Below are positions 47,570 through 61,518 of a DNA stretch of 64,000 nt, piece after piece; position 1 is the stretch's first letter; every line of letters starts with the position of its first letter. The stretch comes from the human T2T-CHM13v2.0 reference genome, Homo sapiens: the NCBI RefSeq assembly GCF_009914755.1, contig NC_060925.1; one strand, written 5' to 3'. Below the pieces are notes generated by a model, which saw only the letters and a list, made by a program, of their open reading frames with translations, was not told where the DNA came from and did no database searches. A program made the translations under genes and the position numbers.

Positions 47570-48060
47570 AATTAAACCCTTATAAGAAAATAATGTAATG
47601 ATAATGGTTAATACCTAGTTTAAAATGTTAGCATGAAAATTAATTAACCTAATGTGTACAAAGGACATAAACACTTGCTTGGCTTATGATGAATACTTAG
47701 TAAGTATCAGCTGTTATTATACCTGGAGTCACACTGTCTGGATTTAAATCTCAGTTCTGCCATGACTCGGCCTCAGGTCTTAAATTTCTCAATGATAAAA
47801 TGAGGATAATTATAGTACCTACTCCATAGGATTGCAGTGAGAATCAAATAAAGCCTTGGAAGAGTGTCTAGCATACAGTACCTTCTCACTGACTATTAGC
47901 TTTCATTTTTAACCATGAGTGCCCCCAAATGAGAGCATGTTGCCTGGATTATTGGTAGTGGAGTAGATATATGTTTTATCTCAATTAGGGTAAAAATTTT
48001 GGAGAAGATAGGGTCTTATTTTTCTTCTGTAGCTCCTGATGTTTCTAGCCTTGTACAGTA
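47570..48060 (+). mobile_element. MIR and L2 fragments
   Basis: aaaatgaggataattatagtacctactccataggattgcagtgagaatcaaat. Confidence 0.6.
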
Positions 48061-48435
48061 AGTATGAAAGCCAGACTCTGCAACTGCCACTGTCTAAATG
48101 CATAAATGATTTAGTGAATTAATTTGTAAATTCAACTGGTATGAATTGGTCACTGACAGAAATAGAGAAAACAAACCATTCTTTCTCAACTCATCCAGAG
48201 AGATCAAAAAGGAAAAGTTAGATGTTTCTTACAGAACTAATGTTCCCAAATGACTCATTAGCCATATATGTCTTCTTAAAGCCAAAGGGCTTCTCAAAAG
48301 AATATTTGTACTTCTCCTATCTGCCCTCTTCTACGAAAAATAGATGGGATTAAAAAGAAAACAAAGACAACAAAAACCAAACCCAACGTTGACGGCTTAG
48401 CTGCAGTGTTCGTTCTAGAGCCATTTGTAAAACAG

Positions 48436-48454
48436 CAATGCCACCTGTTGGGTA
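48436..48454 (-). promoter_or_regulatory. CTCF-like motif, with AP-1 site TGACTCA at 48251-48257
   Basis: Reverse complement tacccaacaggtggcattg versus consensus CCASYAGRKGGCRS. Confidence 0.4.
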
Positions 48455-49519
48455 GAATATGCAAGTCTGTTATGATTTTTGTGTATTGGAAAAATATTTG
48501 TTTATGCCTCCTCTAGGAGGCAAAGTATTGGGTTGCAGTATGAGAAGGAGAGAAAAATGAAAAAATCACTTGCAAAAAGTTTCCTAAGTAGTAAAGCAAA
48601 TGAAAAGACATATTTCTAGTCATAGCATATGGACAAGTCTCTATTTTAAAACCTAACTTTTTTCCTCCCAAATCCTTCCAAGGATTACATGATCTATCCT
48701 GGCATTTGCTCTATTGTTCTTTCACACTCCTTTTATGGGGCTGCTGAAAGCAAAAATAGCAATCTGTAACACCTGTCACTTAACTAAAATGAGACATTAC
48801 TTTTAATAAAGCAGATAATTGTTTTAACAACTTAGCAAAGATGGGGCCCTGTTTGTGGGGGCTGCAGCAGTTTTGTACTTCTTCTTGTCAGTACTACATA
48901 GTCATAAATCTCTGAAATGTAATAAAGAAAGAAAAATCAAAGATGATATTCTGATAGTGAGATGACATATGGATATTAGTCCCTGACCCGGAAAACATAA
49001 ACAATTTTTGTTTAAGACAGAGTGTCCTCAGAGTTGGAAGTCTATCAGTATTGCTCAAGGTGGTACCCTGAGACTTACCAATGCCTCAGTCTAAAGATGA
49101 AACACTCAATGGTATTGCTTTTCCATTGCTAGCAAGCAAATGATGACGTTAAATTTGCTGGGCTTCAGACAGCAGAGAATATCTGGAATTGCTTGCTGGT
49201 CAAATATCTTGCTTGGCAGAGATATTTTCTCTAGGACTTCTTTGGATCAATTTCCTGACAATAAGGATCACCCTACTAGAGTAAAGAAAAAGATAGCTGG
49301 GCATTCAGAATATCAGATGCCAGTTAAGTGTATGTACAAAAACTACAATATAAGGAAATGTCCAATGTCATATGAGTGGCATGAGTGATTTGGGAATTTA
49401 TAGGTCATAAAAATTCCAACTGAGATAAACAGGGAAGACTGGCAGGAGGACACTCAAACTGGAAAGATGAGGGCAAGAAATAGCTGAGATCCAATCAGAA
49501 ACAAAAAGCCAGACTGTGG

Positions 49520-49903
49520 GAGTCAGTAGGACTATTCAGGTTTGTTTTTCCACCTCTTATTCTTCTAGGTACATGACACAATTGCATTTTCCTGCCTCAT
49601 TTGAAGTTAGACATGATTGTATGACTTATACCAATGACATGTGAAGGAAAACAGTGTGCATTACTTCTGAGCAGAAGATCTAAAAGCCAGTATAGAATTT
49701 GTTATGTATCTTTTCCCTGCCTCAGCAATTGTGAATCCAAATGTTGAAATGGAGTGTCTCTTAATCTGGTCTCTAGGTAACCAAGATGATCAGAGTCTGT
49801 TTACTGATTCACATTGGATATACACCTTTATTGTGGTATGCCATCAAGATTGTGAGGTTTGTTTGTTGCTGCAGCATAACCTAGCACATCCTGACTAATA
49901 TAC
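49520..49903 (+). mobile_element. MLT1H/I-like MaLR LTR
   Basis: ttgcattttcctgcctcatttgaagttagacatgattgtatgac...cagcataacctagcacatcctgactaatataca. Confidence 0.75.
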
Positions 49904-50269
49904 AGGGTTCCCATAAAATATATAAAATAATGAGCTAATAAAAGTAAAAATAAGAAGGAAAGCCTTAAAAAACCTAAAATTAGAAAACATTAGCTTTGGA
50001 AAAGCTAGAGGACAAGGGTTTTTTAGTTATGTGTTGTATATGAAGTCAATATATATGTGTGTGTCTATAATATATACGGTTTAGAAATGTATTTCCAAAT
50101 GTTAGCCATTTCCCTATTTAATAACATATTTTCCCCTGTTTTCTCAACTCTGAAAGCAGCAGCAACAACAATACAATGGTACTTTTCAGATGTCTCCTTT
50201 ATCTCTCTGTTATTAATATTCTTTATCATTTCCAAGACTGGAAATTAAAGCATTGACTCAGTTTTCTTT

Positions 50270-50860
50270 TTCTACCTTTGTCCACATAGAGGCTTTGTAT
50301 ATAGTAAACAGAGCAATTTTATTAAAACACAAGTCAGACTAAGTCACTCCTCTGCTCCATGACCTCCAATGGTTCACCATTCACTCAGAGAAAAGTCCGT
50401 CCTTGCTGGAGCTTATAAGGTCCTATGTGATCTGGCCCTCAATCACCTCTGACCTCATTTTCTTTGTGCCTTAACTTCCATGCTTAGCTGTTCCTCAACT
50501 ATATATCAAGCACACTTGCTTAAGGACATTTATAGTTATTATTCTCTGTGCCAATAAGGTTCTTCCCTTAGAACATTTATGTGGCTCATTCCCTTCCTTT
50601 CCTTCTGGGCTCTGCTCAGAGACCTTCCCTGAACACTTTTCACACTTGAGTGGATTTGTCATACTCACTCTGCTGTATTTTTCTCTAGAGTATTTAAGAT
50701 GATGTGATATACTACAATTTGCTTGTGTATCTGTAAATAACCTTTTTCCTTTAACTAGGACATAAGCTCCGTGAAGGCAGGTCTGTGTCTGTTTTGTTCT
50801 CTGTGGAATTCCATCACCCAGAAGAGGACCTAGCACACAGTAATAGTTCAATAATGAATT
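50270..50860 (+). mobile_element. L2a 3' region
   Basis: gtcactcctctgctccatgacctccaatgg...aagctccgtgaaggcagg...cctagcacacagtaatagttcaataa. Confidence 0.8.
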
Positions 50861-51812
50861 TGGATTATTCTCTCAGTGCTGAACCTCATTGCTGTGCAAT
50901 ATGGCTTTGAATTCCCCTTCTGTATCCCTGGACTTACTACTCAATGTCCAGTATGCTGTCCAGGGTCACAGCATGCCAGCATGATAGCACAGGACAGAAA
51001 TATAAGCAGGCTTACTTCTGAGGTTCCCATATGAAAGCTATGGCAAAATTTTCACTTTCCCATGAAGAAAAAAGATAGACAAAGGCAAATTTGAAGGCAT
51101 TGACATAAAGCTAAGTTTTAAATTTTATTTTTTAAAATGTGGGATAATTTCCTTACTTTTTTTGGTGCTAAAGTGTCCTTTCATTTGTTAAATAATGATA
51201 GAGTTTGATGACAGTTTCTATTTTGCTGCTTATTTGTTAGCTTTTTCCTTTTAATGGCCCATACTTGGCAAAGTGAAAAGTTGAACATCCTCAATAATAC
51301 CCAATTTTTAAATATTCTAGAATTAGCTATCTCCATAAGGCAGGAAACTGAAGTCAAGAGAGATGCCATGACTTCTACATATTCGTCTATCTAGATTATA
51401 GCAGAAGAAGAACTAAAATTCATACCTCCTCATTTCCAGCAAGTTCTCTCTCTACCCAAAATTCCTGCCTCTGAAAAGCCCTTTGAGAATAATTCCCTCC
51501 CTGACGTGGAGTGTGCTTTATCCCCATAGATTTGCTTTTTTGGCCATGAAGCATTTCAGGGCTCTACAAGAAAATCAAGCCTCTTCTTTCTCATTTTTAG
51601 GGTAGTCAAAGGGTTTACACCTTACACAAAGGTAAGTTCTAATAGGGTGGAGTGAAGTGCCCGTGTTGGAAGCAATTAGAGAGGAATGAATTTCCCTCTG
51701 AAAACACGTTAGGATAGTTTAAGAGGTGAGTGTAGGGGTAATATATTCCTGAATATAATATTGCCCTGTCACTTCCTTTGCTGTCTTGGATGTCATTTTG
51801 TACATTTTTCAC

Positions 51813-51814
<2 letters not shown>

Positions 51815-51852
<38 letters not shown>
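51815..51852. repeat. (TG)n microsatellite
   Basis: Directly visible. Confidence 0.95.
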
Positions 51853-51854
<2 letters not shown>

Positions 51855-52874
51855 TTGCAAATACCCACCTTAACTCTGAACTTTATTGTAGGCCAGAATT
51901 TTGTCTCCTTATATTTACTATCCACCTAACCAGAGGGCCTGCCCAGTACTCGGCACTAGGAGAACATTGAGTGTCTGCCACGTTGACTTCTGCTTTTATT
52001 TATTCTCTTTCTGAAAGGTCACTAGAGCTAAAAATTCTCAAGCTATTGAGAAATGCCACCCCCATCCATGGTACTGTATTGGCTCATGAGCTTTTTTCAG
52101 TTATCTTTCTCATTGTCTTGGCATCTGACTTTTAAGTAGACAAAGAATGCCAAGTTCATGCCAGATCACAATCTGCAAAAAAATGCTTATCACCGCTGGC
52201 AAGGAGAATGGAATATGCTCCCTTTGTAAAGATCATGGCTCAGAAAGAAGATTCAAATTCTCAGGAGCCAAACAGTTGGCTATAGTACCTTCCCACCCCT
52301 CAGATGTCCTGACTTCTATCTGGGAGGTATCTGGGCCATTAATGTAATACTCCATCATCAAGTATATATTGTGATCACCACTAGTAAGCTCAGAAAATCA
52401 CTGAATTCCAGGATTAAAAGAGGCTTTAATGGTATCTTAATCCAACATCCATCCTCTTTATAGTTAAGTGATTGAAGACTGCTGGTAATTTACATAACAC
52501 ATTTATTGTTAGAAAGTTTTCTTTTCACACATATGAGGACTTGAAATCTTCCTTGCTGAAACTTCTACTTATTGATTGTTTATGAACTAATATTTGAACA
52601 CTGAGCTCCTTATCACACTTCAGGTTCTGTGCTATGTGTTGAGGCCAGGAAGATGGATAAGGCACAGCTCCTGCTTTCAACAGCCTTATAGTTGGGTTGG
52701 AGAATTGTCATATAAATATATAATTCATACACTGTGCATAGTTCTGTATAAAAGCAGAGTGGAGGGACATATTCCCCCAATTTAGGCTGGTAAGGTAAAG
52801 GAAGGGAAGATTCCTGGAGTATATGACATGTCACCTCACTTTCTAGTTTGTTAGTCGTGCAGCAATTTAATCAG

Positions 52875-53445
52875 TTAATAATCAACCCAACTATATCATC
52901 CAGTCTAAAGTCTACATCTTTCCATGAACATAATAATCTTAGCTGGGGACATAGTGACTGAGTCTCCATCATGCTTTCCCCATTCCACTCCCACCCCTGT
53001 GTAGAAGCAATAAAGTTTGAGGAACTGACCTCAACTCCAGTCATAAAACCCACCCCTTGCCAGGATCCCTAACTGGAACCTATCCGTGCATAGTGTTCCA
53101 TTGATGACAATTACTCGTTAAGAAGTGGGAACATTATGAAAGGAAAATTATGTTCAGTGCTTGAGAACTGTTTGCTCATTTTTTCTTTCCAGATATGAAT
53201 GAGAGAACATGTAGCCTATTTTCGACTACTGGACAACTTACCTACAAGATGAAGCCAACACTGTTGTTAGCACAGAAAGACAAAATAAAACCTGGATCCT
53301 TGATCATATTACTAAACTGCTGGATCAATGAATTCTGATACACGCTGCCAAGCATGTGGGCCAATAAATGTACTCATTGTTGAAGCCAGTTTGATTTAGA
53401 TTGTCTGTTATTTACGTCTAAAACCATCATAAGTATTCAACTTGT
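52875..53445 (+). mobile_element. MLT1J/K-like old MaLR LTR
   Basis: cctggatccttgatcatattactaaactgctggatcaa...gccaataaatgtactcattgttgaagccagtttga. Confidence 0.6.
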
Positions 53446-53649
53446 CTAAAGCCTTATTAAAGAGATATTATGTCTATGGTTTTTTATGAACAACTGCTCT
53501 AATAATATTAAGAAAGGAAAAACGTGTCTTTGGTATGCCTTGTTTTTGTGAATCAATTGTGGTTCCTAGTGCCTAAAGTCACATTTTCCTGGAGAAATGT
53601 TCTTGATTCACTTAGAGTATGGGTAACAGTTGGAAGCAATTCAGCTCCA

Positions 53650-55035
53650 CAGGTATTGATTACATGTCTACTCTTTGCCCTGTATTATACTAGGCACCAA
53701 GGCACATGCAAAGTGGTTCTGAATAAGATATGGCTGCTTTATTCAACAAGCTTAAAATCCTTTGGAAGTCAAATGTAATCTAAGGAGCTTGAGTTCTTGT
53801 GTCATATACCCAGTCTCAAAACTTGCACTGCCTATTATGTGTCAGACATTATACATATCCTGTCTCATTTAATTTTCCCATCACCCGTTAAGGCCATTAT
53901 TTATGAATGAGGAAATTAAGTTCAAAGAGGTAACTAACTTTCTCAAAGTGACTTGTCAGACATGATGGTGCTGGAAAATGAATATAAGACTAAGTACAAA
54001 ACCAAAAGTATAACCAACATTTAGGTGGGATGTGAATGTGTCATTAACAGGCAAGCAAGCCTGACAGCCAGTTTATGTCTATTGTAGTTCCTCTGTCTCG
54101 GAGATATGCTCTGAAGTCAAAGGTGGTACTCAGTTGGTCCTTTAAGGGAAAAAAATCTCCCAAATCAGGCAAAGCTCCATCTGATGGCAATTAGAGCAAA
54201 AGCCAAGAGCATTAGTCTTTTGGTTATTCATCTATTCAATGAAGATTTATTATGCTCAATATATGACGGGCATTGTGCTAAACACAATGAAGAATACTAA
54301 GATTCATGAGGCTCAGTTTCTTCTCTGAAGCAGCTGTAACCTTTTAAGTAACAATAGCTGCCATGTATCAGATGTCTACTAACTGCTAGGCAGTTTTCAT
54401 AAATCATCTGTAATCCTTAAATGGTATTGCAGTGTATTTTTGTTCCCATTCTCTGGATGGGAGATCTGAGACTTAGAAGGCTATACCTAAGTCACATATT
54501 CAAAGTCAAGATTTGAGAACAAGCCTAACTGAAAGCTTATGATGTCACCCAGTCATAAACATCTGAAGCCTCAGTTTGATTGGTGGGAGTGTGTAGTGTC
54601 CAACAGGTGTTCCTTTCTTATTCTCCATTCCATAATCCCCACCCCATTCTTCTCAGCGCCATATGCCTACCAAAGTGCTGTGTTTACGGCAGCCACTCAG
54701 TGGGTTCACATCATGTATTTTCAGCTGTGTGACAGAAACTATACTTTCCCTGCTGCCTATCAAGTGATTGATCTTGAGAAATCTGAGGACTGAAAATTAC
54801 ATTTCAAGTCCTTTTCGCCATAATAAGCATTCTTGCCTCTAGCATAGAACTGGTTATATAATTCAGACTCAAAAGTATACATCTTAAACACTTACTATAT
54901 ATGCTAGGCACTTTCACATATGTTGTTTCATGACTTTTATTTTGCGAATAATGAAACCGAAGGTATAGTAAATTGTTCAAGGTCACTCACATTTTAAGTG
55001 AAGGTCCAAGATTCAAAATCCAGTACTCTCTGTCT
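53650..55035 (-). mobile_element. Cluster of L2 and MIR fragments
   Basis: MIR cores at ~53830-53990, ~54350-54530 and ~54880-55035; L2 ends at ~53650 and ~54225. Confidence 0.6.
54172..54190 (-). promoter_or_regulatory. CTCF-like motif
   Basis: Reverse complement ttgccatcagatggagctt. Confidence 0.4.
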
Positions 55036-55453
55036 AGCATATTTTTAAGAATACATTCAGCTTTCAGTATATTTTTAAGGATATGTCTAAGTCTGATATA
55101 TATTCTGCTACACCAGATGTGAATGCTATTGGTTTTTGTATGGTGAGAACTACTTTTATTTAAAGCATTTTCTGTGTTTCATCCTCTCATTCCACTTCCA
55201 TTATTACTTTCAGAATGTTTTATGTCTATGTAACCTCTGCTTTTTTCCTTGGTGTCTCATAATTACTGATCCTGGCTCCAAACTCTCTCCTATAACTATT
55301 CCCAGAGGCCATCCTCACTATGCTACAGCCTGTCTCTCTGTTAAGTTTTCATGAGGAATGTCTCTTTTGTGGCATTTACCAAAGGGAAAAAAATCTTCCA
55401 AGCTTCTCTAAATAGCATAAAGTAATTCTGTTCTCATAGTCTTAAAAAAGGCA

Positions 55454-55507
55454 TTTCTCCCTTTTTCTTTTTTTCTTTTTTTCTTTTTTTTTTTTTTTTT
55501 TTTTTTT
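55454..55507 (+). repeat. Poly-pyrimidine/poly-T tract
   Basis: Directly visible; not attached to a recognisable Alu or L1 body. Confidence 0.9.
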
Positions 55508-56069
55508 AATTCTAGGACTTGTCCCATCAGTAGGACCCATACAGTTAACCACATGAAAACTATTGGAGTAGGCTTTTAAAAAATCTTTGGTACGACGAAG
55601 ACAGTGATTTACTAGATTTATTCTAAGTAATCATATGGGAATACTTTTTTATTTTCAGAAAAAATCAAATTAAACATGTGAGGTTTATTTTAAAAATTAG
55701 TATTTATGATTAGACTCAGCACAGGTAAGGAGTTCAATTGGATAAGGCCACTTAGTTTTTGTGCCTATCTTCTTATGAAGTGGTTGGTGACAAATTAGAT
55801 TTTTCTATACTTCTAGCGCAAACTCAGTCATGCTTGAAGGCTTCAGTGTGATGACACTTGACCTGAACTGAAAGTATAAATGAGAAAGCGCCGGGTCACC
55901 CACTATTACATTTGGAAGTTGTTAAGTATTTTTGGAGTTCTATCAAGAGAAATTTGGAATAAAGTAAGACTAAGATTAACCACTAATTATGGAAAAGACA
56001 AGTAAGTGGAAAAAGGGTCCTGGTCTTTTAAGAGAACATCCAAAATCATGCTTTCAACTAACACCTCTT

Positions 56070-56265
56070 AGCAAAGTAGTGAAAAGCAGTGACCTAAGAA
56101 TATGTTCAATACCTGCTTCAGCTACTTACTAACTGCAAGTGGTTTAACTTCTCTGGATTAATCATGGTTACCACCTCATAGGATTGTTGTGAAGTTTAAA
56201 TGAAATAATGCGAGGAAAACATTTAGCACAGTGCCTGTTGATCCTAAGTGTTCAGAAAATATTCT
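56070..56265 (+). mobile_element. MIR
   Basis: ccacctcataggattgttgtgaagtttaaatgaaataatgcgaggaaaacatttagcacagtgcct. Confidence 0.75.
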
Positions 56266-56710
56266 AGCTAAAATACTGTGGTTGTTGTTGTTATTGTTGT
56301 TATTTTTATTATCTAGAGGTAAACCTTCAGTGCAGTCCAAGTCGTGTGACAGGACATTTGTATTTTGGTATCTTGCCCCCTGCCGCAAGCTTCTAAGCCT
56401 GTACAGCAGAATTGGATTTTTCTGTGATCAAGGTGTGGGGGCAGATAAGACAAATACCATCAATCTAGGAAGTAGATGGAAGCTACTCATTGGCACCAAG
56501 CAATCACACATCCTCAATGCATGCTTGTTGAGGCAATTAACCTTCAGCTTCTATACGTATAGGTAGCTAGATTTCCTAATTGAGGAATTGATGCAGAGTG
56601 AATATACCATTCAAAGTCTCAGCATCCACAATCTCAGCATGTATCTTTATAAATCACATGACATAAATCCAATATTTTGGAGGAAGAAAGCTTGGCAAAA
56701 AGGAATTCGA

Positions 56711-56800
56711 AAACTATTCATTGATATTGGGGTTATTTAGGGAAGAGAGCAAGGAATAAAAAACGATTCGTTGACGTTGGGGTTATGAAGGGAAGAGAGC
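56711..56800. repeat. Tandem duplication, 40-bp unit, 50-bp period
   Basis: aaactattcattgatattggggttatttagggaagagagc / aaacgattcgttgacgttggggttatgaagggaagagagc. Confidence 0.9.
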
Positions 56801-57344
56801 TACAAATGTAACATTCAACTTATTATCCAGATTCTGAAACAGGCCTTACAACCCAGGAACATTTAACATTTAGCACTTTAGTAGAATGTATAACATTTCT
56901 GTGTTTACCCACCACTGAGCTGGGCAAAAAGATGACTGGAATTATTCTTTACAATCAAAGAGCTTACATGATATTTTACAGTATAAGAAGCATAGATATT
57001 CCTATGTTCCTAAATTAATCTACCTCTCCCATTTTCAGCTTAGTTATTGTCAAATTTAGAGTATTTGTGAGCAGAAATAAAAGCCCTTTGCCCCCAGACT
57101 GTATGGCTTGCTCTGAATTTTGGAAAGCCAGGTTTCTGGTCAAGCAAGCAGGATTTGAATTGCAACGAGTCAGTGAAGACAGTCAAATGCTGGGCTGGCC
57201 AGCCATTTGCCTGATAGCTGCCTCTATTTAGAGACTGTGAAGAACCAAGGAAAGACAGCCAGAATCAAACCCGCTTCCAGCTTCATCCTCTTCCTACCTC
57301 CACACACCATCATTTGTTTCCCAAACAATTATTAACTAGTCTTT

Positions 57345-57815
57345 GCCACTATATATCTGAGTAAAAAATTCACCCAAAACTCACTGACTTAAAAGAACAT
57401 TTATTTCCATGAGTCCGTGGGTTGGCTGAACTGGGATGGATGCTGTGCTCAGCTGGGTGGATCTACTTGAAGCTGTGTCTCCCTAGATGCCATTGCTTCC
57501 CACTACAGGTCTGTGGGCCAGCCTGGAGTCTCTACTTCACATATCTCATTATCCTAAGAGTCCCAGAAACAGGCACACTTCTTCATTCATGGAGGGAGCA
57601 GAGGCAAAAGGGAACAAGAGGAAGTATATGAGTCCTGTTAAGGCCCAGGTATGAAACTGACCCATTGTCACTCTTGTCCCCAGGATCAAAGCAAGTCACA
57701 TGGCCAAGCCCAAAGTCTATGAAGCAAGAAAATACACTCCACCAATGATGGGGCTATGACTAAATATGGAAGCAAGAAAGTGTGAAGAATGGGAGCCAAT
57801 CTTTCAGCCTACCAC
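57345..57815 (-). mobile_element. MLT1 (F/H-like) MaLR LTR
   Basis: cccaaaactcactgacttaaaagaacatttattt...aaagcaagtcacatggccaagcccaaagtc. Confidence 0.7.
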
Positions 57816-58147
57816 TCTGAATCACTCCCAATCCTAAGCTAAAAATGCTCTCACCTGCAGAACTTGACGTTTCTCTATTGAAAGGATATTTCTTCACTTT
57901 TTAAGATCATTCAAGGGGGTTCTAAACCCCCTACACTTCTTCCCTGGCCAGAATCCATAATTCCCCATTTCATTTTATGCTCCACACTGAAAACTTCTTC
58001 CCCTCATCATTTATCAAAACATGATTACTGTTTGTGCTGTATTTTAATTCTTTGGGAGGCAATCTATATAGTTTCATCTGGAATGGATGTCATTAACATT
58101 TGCAGTACTGCCTCAGTTCATTCCCCATAAATGATAAATGATATAGG

Positions 58148-58149
<2 letters not shown>

Positions 58150-58178
<29 letters not shown>
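58150..58178. repeat. (CA)n microsatellite
   Basis: Directly visible. Confidence 0.95.
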
Positions 58179-59258
58179 AGAATATCCAAAATGAGGAAAA
58201 GTGAATTAGTTATTGGGTGAGATTCAGCTGAAAATCTTCAGGGAGAACTTGAACATTGAGTATAACCTTGAAGGAAATTTCCAATTGCAATATTCTACTC
58301 ACCACTCACATGATGAGGCATTAGATGTATGGATGTGTGAACTGGTTAGTTTGGGATCCTTTGCTTGTTATTCACCACAACCGTACCTTTGTCCTTAAGC
58401 TATGCACACCACTAATGCAAAGGAAGTGGGTGAGAGCTCACAACTAACTCATCAGCATGACCGGACAGAGCTCAAAGTCCATGCAGTTTTGATTGGTGGA
58501 TCAGAGGTAGTATGGCTCATACGTGTTCTCTGTCTCTCCACCTTCATGCATGTGTGCATATGTGTAGGTGTGTGTACACATAATCAAAAGTAAATATATG
58601 TTGTGCTTATTAACCAATTAATGGCCATTAATAATCAACGAAGTATAGCTTCCCGACTGCTGCTATAATTATTGGGAACCATTGATTCGTTAGAAAGTAT
58701 ATGTGTTTGAGTCACTAAGATAATGCATTGTACATTTTCCTCACACTTCTGTTTCTAAAACTGTTTCAGGTAATAGGAGGGAAGCTACTTCTTTCTGGGT
58801 TACTATGTAACCCTAACTACCTTTCACCACAGCACTAACCATCCTGTATTGTAATTGCCTATTCACTTGTCTCTACCTAACCATAAGCTCTGAGAGGGCA
58901 AGTAAACATCTTGTTTATAGTTTTCTCTCTTGGTATAGTGCCTGCCCTATATTATATGCTCAATAATTTTTTTTGAGAGAAGTAAACATCATTCCAAATT
59001 TTACATAAGACAACACAAGTAAAGCATTTTGTAAATTGTCAATTTTATATCACTGTTATAATTAGTATAATCTCCATTAAAATTATCTACTGAGAAAAAT
59101 TACAATTGGCAAACCACAGATTATGAATGTGCTAGCCCAGGCAATCTGGCAACTTTGCAAATTATCTAATTTGGGGGTTGTATGTATTGGTCTTGGCATG
59201 AACACATACAGTGTTACTTACCAATTTGGTCTACGGGGCATACAAATATACTTTACCA

Positions 59259-59633
<375 letters not shown>

Positions 59634-60819
59634 TTATGGTGGGGGTGGACCTGTACCCACTGGCTACACACACACACAAGCCCATACATTAGTGACAGAT
59701 AGATAAACTCAGGCTTAGCGTTGAAATGGTTTCTCTATAAAAGCTCCTCAAAGTTGTGAAATATAACTGAGATTCAAGAGCAAAATAAAATATGAGTCTT
59801 ACCAGAGGAAAAATATGGGTTTTCTCTGGATTAAAAATATAAGATTTTTTTCCCCCTGAATGATAGGACCGTAACGATTCAATTTCTCCTGCACCAATCA
59901 GCATCAACCTGTGAGATCCAGACCTGGCACATGGAAATTTCAGCCTTAAGTCAAATATTATTTCAAAGTTAATGACAAAATCTATTTTTGCAGTGGTCTT
60001 GTTTAAAATATTTCCCCTTAATACTCTTGAAATGCTGTAATTGAAAGCAGTTATTTGAGATGCCAGTGCATACTTCTTTAATTATGTCCTGTGCCATCTG
60101 TTTTCAATGAAAGGGCAGTATCTGTTTGCAGTTACCAATCTTATGAAAAACAGGCTTGTCCCGAAATAGATTGGAACTAAAACCAGAAAGCAGTTCTTTC
60201 AGAGGCATCCATTCAAGGCAATTAACTTTAATCATTATAGAAATGTTTATTTCCCATCTTAGTCTCTCTTCACATGTAAATTCCTTCAGGGGAAAAGATC
60301 TCTTTTTGTGACTGTTTGAATAGTTCCAATTTGGATTAATCAGAACCTGCTGGTCTGTTTATGTTCCAATTGTGAATGCTGGCAGCTTTCTTGATGAAGG
60401 AGCACACATGCCCTGCGGAGAGCAGATTGAGAAGCACAGTAGATATACACCTACTGATCAGAGCAAGTTGGCTTAACCTCCTGGGCCCTATGCTTGCCCC
60501 ATACTGTCTTCAAGGGTCAGGACAAGGAAGCCATGTGATGGATGGGAGACCAGGAATCCTAAGCTGAGTTTGTACAAAACCCATCTCCTCAAAGGAACCA
60601 GATACTCCCTTCAACCACACATTCCCATGTCATTCTCATAAAAGCTATGAGAAAGACTGGTGGCCTTGCAAAATGCAGGATCTGTGTTGGTGACTTGTGA
60701 GTGCATCACTCTACCTAGGAGACTGTTATTTCTGAATTGCTTCTATTCTTCAGGGAGATTTTCTATCAAAAGGTCAAAAAACACTTTATGGCAAATTTTT
60801 GATGACAATTATTAAGTAG

Positions 60820-61445
60820 TTTCATTCATTGTTTCAGAATGTAAGTTTCTCAAGGGCACGGATTCTTGACTGTTTTGGACATTGATATATCCCAAATACC
60901 AAGAACAGCAATTTGGTGCAAAGAGACCCTCAGTGACTATTTGCTGAATTTGTTCATTCTTTTAGACTTTGACGATACATTGATATAAAACATACAAAAA
61001 AGTCTCTTAAGAGACTTTCATTCAACATGATCGGTGTCTTGGACACGAAAATAAAATGCTCAAAAGACAAACCATGTTGACAGTAAACATCTTGAGGATA
61101 GAACAAGAGCAGAGACTGTGTCTTTTTCATCTCTGTGCCTAGATGCAAAGTCTCTAATTTAGACTTGGCATTTGATAAATATTTGATTAATTTAACTCAG
61201 CAGGCATACATGTCTTGGCTTCCACCTAAGAAACTTACCATTTACTTAGATTTTAATAAGTCTTGAATGTTTTTATACATAAGCTTCTCTAATCCTCAAA
61301 ACAAACAAAAACCCTGTGAAGTACTAAATATCTCTAATGTTCAGATGAAGAGCTGAAGCTTTTATCTGGAAAATCACTTGCCAAGGTTAATCAGTTAGTA
61401 AAGCCAACATGAGATTAGGAACTCAGGTTTGTCTCAGTTTAAAGT
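60820..61445. mobile_element. L2 3' ends and MIR
   Basis: gaatgtaagtttctcaagggcacgg; aaatcacttgccaaggttaatcagttagtaa. Confidence 0.6.
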
Positions 61446-61448
61446 CAA

Positions 61449-61518
61449 TAACATTGTACCCCATAAATATATAATATGTACAATTATGATTTGTCAATTA
61501 AAAATTTAAAAAACAAAA
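61449..61518 (+). mobile_element. Tiny L1MA 3'-terminal fragment
   Basis: acattgtaccccataaatatata...tacaattatgatttgtcaattaaaaa plus A tail. Confidence 0.7.

Noticed and set aside
58617-58632. 16-bp perfect palindrome attaatggccattaat
   Set aside because: About one 16-bp palindrome is expected by chance in 64 kb.
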